In this document: in pieces, positions 23,821 to 35,090 of the stretch
Numbering within the stretch: position 1 is the stretch's first letter
Layout: each line of letters begins with the position of its first letter
DNA from: Mobula hypostoma
Lineage: Eukaryota
DNA length: 64,000 nt
NCBI RefSeq assembly: GCF_963921235.1
Contig: NC_086126.1
Coordinates: forward strand, 17,856,001-17,920,000
Reading direction: 5' to 3'
Program-made: the position numbers and the translations under genes
The notes under the pieces: generated by a model
What the model was told of the DNA's origin: nothing
What the model saw: only the letters and a program-made list of their open reading frames with translations
The model's database searches: none

Positions 23821-26189
23821 ATATGAATTATACCAAAATATTCAAAGAGTCAGGAGACTATCAGAACAAAATCAAAATAACAAACTGATTATACGGTCAG
23901 TGGGAGAATCATCCTTCTTGTGCTTCTTCATCTCGTCACTCTAGATTCAGTGTCATGCAACGCTGCCACTTTGATCTGGCCCATGCCTTCATTAACCAGG
24001 TCCAACACTTGCCTTTATTGGATCTTCCTCCTTCTTACACTAGTCATCGGGTTTGTGGGGGTGTGCCCAGGGTTAATTGGGGTGTGTGCCCCCTTGGACT
24101 TTAGGATTAGGTTTGAGGGTAGGGCTGGTGGATGTATATGCGGGGCTGGGAGAGATGAGGCTGTAGAGTTTAGTATGGTGAGATATGTGGGGCTATGGTG
24201 GATAGGGTAGTGTAGTGTAGCCACTTCAATCTGGCCCATGCCTTTCATCAATATGGCCTGACACTACTTGGCTTAATGAACTGGGTGTGCAAAGGAACAC
24301 ATCATTAGTAATACAATTTAGGGTCGTTGGGTGTTTCGGGTCTCCAATCATGAGACATCCTCGCCCAGGCTACCCAGCCAGGGTTTATCCCATGGACCAA
24401 GATAATGATAGGCATGTAATTCTGCATGTTGTGGGTATTTTGGACCTTGTTACTTGGCTTTATTTTGATCATTTGGGTAATCGAATGTTCTGAGGCCTAG
24501 TTATCAGGCTTTACCTCCAAGTAAGGTTCAACTTCCCTACTTTAAATTTACACCTGTCTTTATTTTGCATCTGTGCGCCTGTGATTGCATGGATAAACAG
24601 TGTTTACTGCAGTACAAAGTAGTAATTAGGATTGTGCAGATTGGTCCATAATTCCAAAATGCAAACAGCTCTGAAATCCAGGATTTTTTCTGCTCACATG
24701 ACATCACAAATGGAGAATTTTACTCACGATTAAATTGCTTGTCTACTGAAGAGAGTTTCACGGCTCTGGGCCTCTATTCACTGGAACCTAGCAGAAAGAA
24801 GGGTTACCAAATTGAAACCTATCAAATAGTGAAAGGGCTTGATTGAGCTGATGTGGAGAGGGTTTTTCCTGTGGTGGGAGTGTCTAAAACTGGACCACAC
24901 AGCTTCAAAATAGAGGGGCATCCTTTTAGAATGGAGATGAGGAGGAATTTCTTCAGCCAGAGAGTGGTGAATCTGTGATTTTTTTTTTGCCACAGGCAGC
25001 TGTGGAAGCCAAATCACTGGGTATAGGCAGAGATTGATAGATTCTTGATTGGTCAGGGCACAAAGGGATACAAGGGAAAGCAGGAGATTGGGGCTCAGAG
25101 GAAAAATTGATCAGTGATGCTGAAATGCCAGAGAAGGCTCGACAGGCAAAGTGGCCGAATTCTGCTCCTATAGCTCATGGTCTTATGACAAAAACACTCC
25201 CAGAGAGCGTTGATCTCAGCTTTGACTCAACCAAGCACGTGAGGCTCCACATTACTTATATAAGGAATACAGAAGTCCTTTGTTCTTTGATTAAAGAAAT
25301 ATCATCTCATTTCCATCCTGAATGCTTGTCACCTCATTCTGAGCAACAGACACAAAATGCTGGAGGAAGTCAGCAGGCCAGGCAGCATCAATGGGAAAGG
25401 GTAACGAGTCGATGCTTCAGGCTGAGCACCTTCACACTGAGATCTGATGGAAGGGTCTCGGCCTGAGGTGTCAACTCTTTACTCTTTCTGTTCTGCTGAG
25501 TTCCTCCAGTATTTTGTGTCTGTTGCTTTGGATTTCCAGCATCAGCAGATCGTCTCGTGTTTCTGATTTACACCTCATTCTGAGGGTATTTTCCTCAGTT
25601 ATGGAGTTCTCATTCAGGTGAAACATTCTCCTTGCCGACTGCCTGTCACATCCTGAAAGAATCTAACAGATTTCCTTGTTTTCTCATTAACTGCAGGGAA
25701 TACAGACCCAGCCCACACACTCTACTCTCACATAACCAACCTTCCATCCCTGGAACCAGCCCAGTCAGTGTGGGGAACAGTCACTGCGCTCCCTCTATTG
25801 CAGGGATATCCTTCCTGAGGAAGTGTGACCAAACCTGGACACGGTATTCAAGGTGTGCTCTCACCAGGGTCCTATATAATCCCAGTGAGACATCTGTACC
25901 CTCTTCTCCACTCCTCCTGGATCACAGGACAAAATACTGTTTCCCTATCTCATTACTTGTTGTATCTGCATGTTAACTCAAGTGATTTGTTTACAAGGAC
26001 GTCCAGGTCCCTCTGAACATCCCCGTGTGGAAATGACTCTGATAGTTTGTTCCTGGGAATGGGTGATCGCACATTTCCCCACATTCCGTTCCATCTGCCA
26101 CATCCTCAACCATTCACTCTCCTGTCTACATCCCCCAAATCTTCTCACTACTGACACTGTCCCTCCCGCTCTGCCACAGCAGCAGACGT

Positions 26190-27070
26190 AGTCACTGAGT
26201 TATGCAGCACAGAAACAGGCCCTTCAGCCCAACACATCCATGCTGACCAAGTGGCCAAACAAAACCATTGTCAGTTGCCTGCATTTGGCCCATGTCCCTG
26301 TGAAACTTCCCTCTCCACAGTCCAAGAGATATTGCAACTGTGCCCACCTATACCACCACTTGGGGTAGTTTGTTCCATGTAAACAGCACATTCTGTGTAC
26401 AAAACCTGCTCCTCAGGGTCCCATTTAAATCTTTCCTCTCTCACTTTATATCTGTAATCTCTCGCTTCCAACTCCATGGCTCTGGAGATAACAGATTCAC
26501 TATTGACCGTATCTATAACTGCCATTATTTTATCACCTCTCTAATGTCACATACACTCTGGTGAGAAAGGTCCTGGCCTATCCGGCCTCCTGTTAAATCC
26601 CTTTTGCACCCTCTCCAGTTTAATGTCACCCTCTGATCCCAGGGCAACTATAACTGTACTCCGTGCTCCGAGAGTGGTTTCCCCGAGGCTGGTAGAGCTG
26701 TAATGTGCCGTCACAGTCCAGTGCCCGATACTCTGACCGATGAATGCGAGTGTGGCGAACACCTTCTTCACCGTCCTGCCGACCTGTGTTTACACTCTGA
26801 AGGAATTCGATATCCGCACCCCGATATCTCTGTTTTACAGCACTCCCAGGGACAGACCATTCCCCACGGCAGTTCTGCCCTGGTTCGTCAATGACAATGG
26901 AACATCTCACATTTATCTGTCATTCCTCAAATCAGTGACCTCATTGATCACCGTCCTGTTGTAATGTTAGTTACAATTTTCACACTCCACAATATCACCA
27001 ACTTTAGTGACATCCGTAAATTTGCTGAGCCGGGCAGTGACATTGTCAGCCGAGTCTTTAATAAATGGAC
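26190..27070 (-). mobile_element. CR1 LINE 3' fragment
   Basis: LSKFTDVTKVG, KLERVQKGF, YKVREERFK motifs. Confidence 0.8.
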
Positions 27071-27117
27071 AGCAGCAGCAGCCCTGACTCAGCTCCCGGG
27101 CTTTTCCTCGCAGCGAT

Positions 27118-27215
27118 ACACGCGCAGTGCTGGAGGAACTCAGCAGGCCAGGCAGCATCTATGAGAAACTGGAAACAGCCAACGTTTCAGGCCGAGACCC
27201 TCCATCAGCATCTGC
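27118..27215 (-). mobile_element. Penelope terminal-repeat fragment with decayed hammerhead
   Basis: tgctggaggaactcagcaggccaggcagcatctat...aacgtttcaggccgagaccctccatcag. Confidence 0.75.
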
Positions 27216-27296
27216 ACAGTGGTCTTGTGTTTGGTTTTCCTTCGATTCTAAATTACTGCTTAACATGACCCCATCCTCCAGTCCTCTGACACCACT

Positions 27297-27490
27297 CCTG
27301 CCCGAGAAACGCGCAGAGAGACAGAGGCGGGGAGGGGAGGAGACAGAGTCAGAGTGACGGACAGAGCCGAGACCGGCCTCTCATCGTCCAGCTCCGTCTT
27401 CACTTTAATACACCCGGCAATTTCCAACGGTTTGTCCGAAACACAGAGCTCCAGAGAGAGAGAAAAAAACGCTCTCTAACACCACGTAGA
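27297..27490 (-). promoter_or_regulatory. Orphan copy of the H4 upstream promoter lacking TATA and coding sequence
   Basis: 27297-27394 identical to 28379-28476, then similarity decays. Confidence 0.9.
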
Positions 27491-27914
27491 GAAGGAGTTC
27501 TGGGAATTTACTGGCAGTCGGACTTCATCTGATCCGAATACAGTGTGATTGGCGCAGGATCAATTTCAAATTGCACGCCAATTTCAGAGCAACCTGCAAC
27601 GGTGCTGGAAGACTTTTTTTAAAATTATTTACCGTTAGTTTTATCACGCATTATACAATTTCAGTTTCATTTGATATCTAATCCCCTGAGTTAAGATTTA
27701 AATGCATAATTACGGAGTCGCTTCTCTAAACGAGTGAACTGATTCCTGTCCGAGACGGATAAAAGGATGAAGATCGATCTTAATGCGTTCAGAGGTTCTG
27801 AAGTAATCACCGACTGGAAAGGCAGATTCGCAGGAATATCGCAAACCGAACCGATTAATCTGTTTCAAATGTAACTCAGCTGAATGTATCGATAAAAATA
27901 ATTAAAAGGTTGTG

Positions 27915-27959
27915 GATACGGCTCCGTCTGTGAGGCGGTGGGTGGCTCTTAGAAGAGCC
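27915..27959 (-). terminator. Histone 3' stem-loop (27944-27959) and downstream element of H4
   Basis: Minus strand GGCTCTTCTAAGAGCC-ACCCA, then weaker GACGGAGCCGTA. Confidence 0.92.
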
Positions 27960-27992
27960 TTTGTTTTGTGCTCGGGAGGAGGTGGGAGTTTT

Positions 27993-28313
<321 letters not shown>

Positions 28314-28358
28314 TCACTCAGGTCGCTGCTCACTGACAAACTGCCTGCTGCTGTCTCC

Positions 28359-28425
28359 TTTTATACACAGCGCCCCGACCTGCCCGAGAAACGCGCAGAG
28401 AGACAGAGGCGGGGAGGGGAGGAGA
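28359..28425 (-). promoter_or_regulatory. H4 promoter: TATA, site II-like element, GC box
   Basis: TATAAAA at 28359-28365; minus strand CAGGTCGG just upstream; GAGGCGGGG near 28406-28414. Confidence 0.8.
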
Positions 28426-28609
28426 CAGAGTCAGAGTGACGGACAGAGCCGAGACCGGCCTCTCATCGTCCAGCTCTGCCTTCGCTTTACCACAACCGCC
28501 AATTTCCAACGATTCATCCGACACAAAGTGTTCCAGCGAAAAACAGAACTCCCTCACACACAGTCTAAAAAGAACGAGAGCCAATGTCAGGCTAATAAAC
28601 ATGGTGGGC

Positions 28610-30670
28610 TGAAATGAGTTTATTTCAACACTAGGAGTACTATGTTATCGGACGGACAGGGCTGGCAGCTCAACATTCCTGGGTTTCATTGTTTTACATG
28701 TGAGTGGGGGGTTAAAAAATGCAGAGGTTACCCCACTGGGAATGTCACAACAAACTGGAAGGTTCATTTACAGAGGCAATCTGTAGTTACACTATTGGGA
28801 TGTTTGTATTGGCCCCCAATAACCACCGGGAGGTGGAGGATCCGATATGTTGATGCTTATGGAGAGGTGCAGAAAAACGGGGTTGTCATAGTGAGGGACT
28901 TCATCTTCCCTGGAGATCTTGCTCAAAACTAAGATGCACAAGATTTGTTCAGTGAATCCGAGGAGTGTTTGAAACCTTATGTACAGGGCCCAACCAGAGC
29001 TGAGAACAGACGGGAATTAGTTTTGGGAAATGGGCCAGGCCAGCTGACAGCCAAGAGTCAGTGAACATTTTGGGAACAGTGATCACAACTTTTTTTTTTA
29101 GTTACAAGTAAAAATAAAAGTAGATCTTGTATGAAGGTACCAAATTGCAGGAGGGCAAGTCAGGACGGAAGAAGACAGGAACCAAGGGGCATTGATTGGG
29201 AGCAGCCACTGTCAGACAAGTCCACATCTGACGTGGGAGTTGTTTAAAGACCAGCAACTCTGAGTTCAGGATCAGCATGTTCCAGTGAGGAGTGAGGAGA
29301 AGGATGGTAAGGTAAAGGAACTTTGGATGAGCAGAGAGATCCTAAATTTAGTCAGAAGGATATGGAAAGAAGCTAAAGTCAGACTGGGTACCTTTGGAAT
29401 ATAAAGATAGCAGGGAAATGCTAAAGCAGATGATAGGAAAGGCCAAATGGGGCCACAAACTGTCCTTGTGGAGTGGGACCAAAGATGATCCCAAGGCCTT
29501 GTGATTTGTATTAATAAGGCGAGGATAACCAGAGAATGGAAAGGTCGACTCAAGATTAAAGGAGGAATGATGTGGTTGAAGTCAGACCAAGTGGCTGAGG
29601 TACTAAATGAGTATGTTGTGTCAGTATTTACTGAAGTGAAGGAATTGAATGGCAATGAAAACTGAGTGAGACATGCGAATGTGCAGAGACCATTTGAGAT
29701 TAAGGAGCAGGTTGTGCTGGGACGTCTGAAAGCAATAAGATGGATAAGACTCCAGGGCCTGAAGGCAAATATCCTACAACAGTGAAAGAAACAAGTGAGC
29801 AGATTGCTGGCGATTTGACACGGATCTATCTGTCCTCGATCACAACATGTGAGGTCCCACAGGACTGGAGTGTCGCAAATGTTGCAGCTTTGATCAAGAA
29901 GGGAAATAACAAGAATCCAAGAATCTATGGGCAAGGCAGCCTCATCTCAGTGGTAGAGAAGCTACTGGGGAGGATATTGAGGTACAGGATTCATGCACAT
30001 TCGGAAAGGCATGGCCTGCTTAGGGACAATCAACATGGTTTTGTGTGGGCAGATCACGTTTCATAAAATTGATTGAGGTTTCTGAGGAAGTGACACAGGC
30101 TAAGATATAGGAGCAGAATTCAACCATTTGGCCCGTCGTCTGCTCCAACATTTCATTGTGGCTGACCCATTTTTCCTCTCAGCCCCAGTCTCCTGCCTTT
30201 CCCCTGTATCCCTTCATACTCTGACCAATCAAGAATCTATCAACCTCCGCCTTAAATATACATAAAGTCCTGGCTTGACAGCTCCCTGTGGCAATGAATT
30301 CCACAGATTCACCACTCTCTGGCTAAAGGAATTCCTCATCTCCACATTCTACAAGGATGCTCCTCTATTCCGAGGCTTTGTCCTGATATTAGACACTCCC
30401 ATCTTCTGCACATCCACTTTATCACTGCCTTTCACCATTCGATAGGTTTCAATTGGGCCACCCCTCATTGTTCAAAAATTCCAGTGAATACAGGCCCAGA
30501 GCCATCAAACACTCTTCATATGGCAAGCTGTTTCATCCTGGAATCAATCTGGAGAACCTCCTTTGAAACCCATCGAGTTTCAGCTCATCCTTCCTCAGAT
30601 GAAGAGCCCAAAACTGCTCACAATACTCCAGTGAGACCTCCACAGTACTTAATAAAGTCTCATCATTATT
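28610..30670. mobile_element. CR1 fragments (plus about 28610-30100; minus 3' end about 30100-30670)
   Basis: DKTPGPEG...DWSVANVAALIKKG...NQHGF; LEYCEQFWAL. Confidence 0.82.
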
Positions 30671-32223
30671 ATGATTGGCGCAGATATTGTGAGACGAAGG
30701 GCAGGTTGCCATCTGTTCCATATTGTGTACTGATGAATATGTTTGATCTAACAGCTATTGCAGGGACATGGATACAGAGACTGGGACTTCGACAATCCAC
30801 TATATTCAATGTTCCACAAGGAATCGGCAAAATGGGAGTTATTAGGTTTTATTGTTCTGCAATCGATTTAATTTGGCTTTTTTGACACTGATCAACAGAA
30901 AATACTCTATGATGTCAAAGTGAAAACAGATCTAAATTAATTGTAAATATGAAACAAAATAATTAATTGCCTTAGTATTTACCTCCTTCAAATCAGTAAT
31001 TAGTTGATGCACCTTTGGCAGTATTTACAGTTGAGTCTGTGTGGATAGGTGTCTATCAGCTTTGCACATCTGAACACTGCAATTTTTCCCCATTCTTCTT
31101 TACAAAACTGCAGAAGCTCTGTCAGAATGCATGGGTTAGTGAGCGAACACTTCTTTTCAAGTCCAGCCACAAATTCTCAATTGGATTGAGGTCTGGACTC
31201 TCACAAAGCCACTCCAGGACATTAACTTTGTTGTTTTAAGGCATTCCTTTGCAGCTTTGGTTTTATGCTTGCGGTCATTGTCTTGCTGGAAAATTAATTT
31301 TCTCCTAAGTCGCAGTTCTCTTGAAGACTGAATTTGGTTTTCCTACAGGATTTCCCTGTATTTTGCTGCATTCATTTTACCCTCTACCTTTACGTGCCTT
31401 TCAGGGCCTGCTGCAGTGAAGCATACCCACAGGATGATGCAGCCTCCACCATACTTCACGGTAGGGATGGTGTGGTTTTGATGTTGTGCAGTGTTTGGCT
31501 TACTCCAAACTTAGTGTTTGTGATGGTCAAAAGGTTTAATTTTGTTTTCATCAGACCATAGAATCTTCTTCCAACTAACTTCAGAGTCCCCAACAATTCT
31601 GGGAAACTCCAGGGAAGATTTCATCAGAGCATTTTTCAACAGTGGCTTTTTCTCTGCCACTCTCCCGTAAAGCTGCGACTGGTGAAACACCCGGGCAACA
31701 GTTGATGTATGCACAATCTCTCCCACCACTGAAGCTTGTAACTCCTCTAGAGTTATCATAGGTCTCTTGGTGGCCTCCCTTACTGGCCCCTTCTTGCATG
31801 GTCACTCAGTTTCTGAGGATAACCTGCTCTTGGCAGATTTACAGCTGTGCCATATTCTTCCCACTTCTGGATGAGTGACTTAACTATACTCCAAGGGCAT
31901 TCAGTGACTTGGAAATGTTCTTGTATCCATCTCCTGGCTTGTGTTTTTCAATAACCTGTTTGCAGAGCAGCTCGGAGTGTTAATTTGTCTTCACGGTGTA
32001 GTTTCTCCCAGGATACTGACTCACCAGCAGTTCGACCTTCCACTTACAGGTGTACTATTACTACAATCAATTGAAACACCTTGACTGCACACGGTCACCT
32101 CCATTTAACTGATCATGTAACTTCAAAAACTAATTGGCTGCACCAATGATGATTTGGTGTGTCATATTAAAGGAGGTGAATACTTATGCAGACAATTATT
32201 TTGTGTTTTAGATTCGTAATTAA

Positions 32224-34612
32224 GTCCCACGACCTCACTTCGGAAAATCGGACCATCAGGCCGTACTCCTCCTCCCGGCTTACAAACAGAAACTGAAGCG
32301 GGAGGTCACGGTGTCAAATGTAGTGTCGTGTTGGACGGAGGAAATGGATGAGGTCCTCCGTGACTGCTTTGAGTTGGTGGACTGGTTAGTATTCAAGGAC
32401 TCGGCAGCTAACCTTGATGAGTATGCCTCAGCTGTCACGGACTTTATTTGGAAATGCACGGAGGACTGTGTGTCTCGCAAGACGATCCGGGTATTCCCTA
32501 ACCGGAAACCTTGGATGAATTATAAGGTGAAGTCCCTTTTAAAGATTAGAGCTGTGGCTTTTAGGTCCGGGGATACCAGTCGCTACACTGAATCCAGACG
32601 TGAACTCCGGAAAGCCATTAAGGGCGCCAAGAGGCAATATCGAGCCAAGTTGGAAGCCCAGGCGACCAGAGGGATGCCCGTACACTATGGCAGGGTAAAA
32701 TGAGATCACTGGGCGCAAAGAAAAGACTGGGAATATCAATAACTGTGGCACTTCTCTTCCTGACAAACTTAATGTATTCCTGACGAAGGGTCTCGGCCTG
32801 AAACGTCGACTGCACCTCTTCCTATAGATGCTGCCTGGCCTGCTGCGTTCACCAGCAACTTTGATGTATGTTGCTTGAATTTCCAGCATCTGCAGAATTC
32901 CTGTTGTTAATGTATTCTATGCAAGATTCGAACAGAAGAGGAGCGTCCCGCTCCCTCCAGATGTACCGGACCTGGTGGCATCGAGATTCATCCTCATCGA
33001 GGAGGACGTTAGAAGGGCCTTCCTGAAGATAAATCCAAGGAAGGCAACGGGCCCAGATGGCGTCCCGGGACGGGTTCTCCGGGCCTGTGCAAGCGAGCTA
33101 GCTGGAACGTTTGCTGACATCTTCAACTGCTCCTTGCTTCAGTCTAAGATTCCCTCATGTTTTAGGAATGCAACGATAATCCCAGTGCCGAAGAAGAGCA
33201 AGGTGGCATGCCTGAATGACTATCGACCTGTGGCTCTGACATCAATTGCTATGAAGTGCTTCAAGCGATTGGTTATGGCACACATCAACCACAGCCTAGC
33301 GGTCAACCTCGACGCTTTGCAATTCACCCACCGGAGCAACAGGTCAACGACAGATGCCATCTCTCTAGCCCAACATTCCTCCTTAGAACACCTGGAGAAT
33401 AAAGACACATACATAAGGCTCCTTTTCATTGACTACAGCTCTGCCTTTAATACCATCATTCCAAATAAACTGATTCCTAAGCTCTGGAACCTGGGCCTTA
33501 GCACTCAGATCTGCAGCTGGATCTTCAACTTCCTCACAGACAGGACCCTGGCTGTAAAAATAGGGGACAAGCTCTCCTCAACAGTCATTCTGAGCACCAG
33601 TGCCCCACAAGGCTGAGTACTCAGCCCCCTGCTGTACCCACTGTACCTCCATGATTGTGTAGCCAAGTTTCCATCAAACTCAGTATATAAGTTTGCTGAT
33701 GACACAACAATTGTCCGCTTTATCTCGGGTAATAATGAGTTTGAGTACAGAGAGGAAATTAAGAAACTGGTGGCATGGTGCGAAGACAATAACCTATCCC
33801 TCAACGTCAGCAAGACGAAGGAATTGGTTGTTGACTTCAGAAGGAGTAGCAGACAGCACAACCCAATTTATGTCGGTGGTGCGCAAGTAGAACAGGGTTA
33901 AAGCTTTAAGTTCCTCGGGGTCAATATCACAAATGACCAGATTTGGTCCAACCAAGCAGAGTTCACTGCCAAGAAGGCCCAGCAGCGCCTTTACTTCCTG
34001 AAAAAACTAAAGAAATTTGGCCTGTCCCCTAAAACCCTCACTAATTTCTATAGATGCACCGTAGAATACATTCTTCTACGATGCATCACAACCTAGTATG
34101 GAAGTTGTCCTGTCCAAGACCGAAAGAAGCTGCAGAAGATCGTGAACACAGCACAGCACATCACACAAACCAATCTTCTGTCTGTGGACTCACTTTACAC
34201 CGCACACTCTCGGAGCAGTGCTGCCAGGATAATCAAGGACACGACCCACCCAGCCAATACATTTTTCGTCCCTCTTCCCTCCGGGATAAGGCTCAGGAAC
34301 TTGAAGACTCATACAGCCAGATTTGGGAACAGCTTCTTTCCAACTGTGATAAGACTGCTGAACAGATCCTGACCCGGATCTGGGCCGTACCCTCCAAATA
34401 TCCGGACCTGCCCCTCGGTTTTTTTGCTCTTCCTTACATTCCATTTTTCTATATTCTATTTATGATTTATAATTTATTTTTTTAATATTTACTAATTTTT
34501 AATATTTAATGCTTGTAATCCAGGGAGTGGGAAGCACAGAATCAAATATCGCTGTGATGATTGTACGTTCTAGTATCAATTATTTGGAGGCAATAAAGCA
34601 TAAAGTATAAGT
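32224..34612 (+). mobile_element. 5'-truncated Rex1/Babar LINE
   Basis: RVFPNRKPWMN, KINPRKATGPDGVPGRVL, CLNDYRPVALTSIAMKCF, FIDYSSAFNTI, KFADD; aagtat tail; flanked by taattaa. Confidence 0.9.
32780..32906 (+). mobile_element. 127-bp Penelope terminal-repeat insertion with hammerhead core and 11-bp TSD
   Basis: ttaatgtattc at 32769-32779 and 32907-32917; removing it restores host frame PDKLNVFYARFE. Confidence 0.95.
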
Positions 34613-35090
34613 ATAATTAATTGAGAGCATTTTGTAGAGATTTGTTTTCACTTTGACACAGAAGAGTCTTTTTCCATTGATTAGTTTAAAAAAAAAGCCA
34701 AATTCAATCTACTTCTAAGGGGTAAACATAGAAACATAGAAAATAGGTGCAGGAGTAGGCCAGTCGGCCCCTCAAGCCTGCACTGCCATTCAGTACAATC
34801 ATGGCTGATCATCCAACTCAGAACCCTGTACCTGCCTTCTCTCCATACCCCCTGATCCCTTTAGCCACAAGGGCTATATCTAACTCCCTCTTAAATATAG
34901 CCAATGAACTGGCCTCAACTGTTTCCTGTGGCAGAGAATTCCACAGATTCACCACTCTCTTCATGAAGAAGTTTTTCCTCATCTCAGTCCTAAATGGCCT
35001 CCCTTTATCATCAAACTGTGACCCCTCGTTCTGGACTTCCCCAACATCGGGTACAATCTTCCTGCATCTAGCCTGTCCAATCCCTTTAGA

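Larger units (their letters stand above)
21448..25942. repeat. Direct tandem duplication of about 2.1-2.2 kb (21448-23613 and 23821-25942) separated by a triplicated CR1 tail
   Basis: Both units start atatgaattataccaaaatattcaaa and end ggatcacaggacaaaatactgttt; paired near-identical ORFs in the ORF track. Confidence 0.95.
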
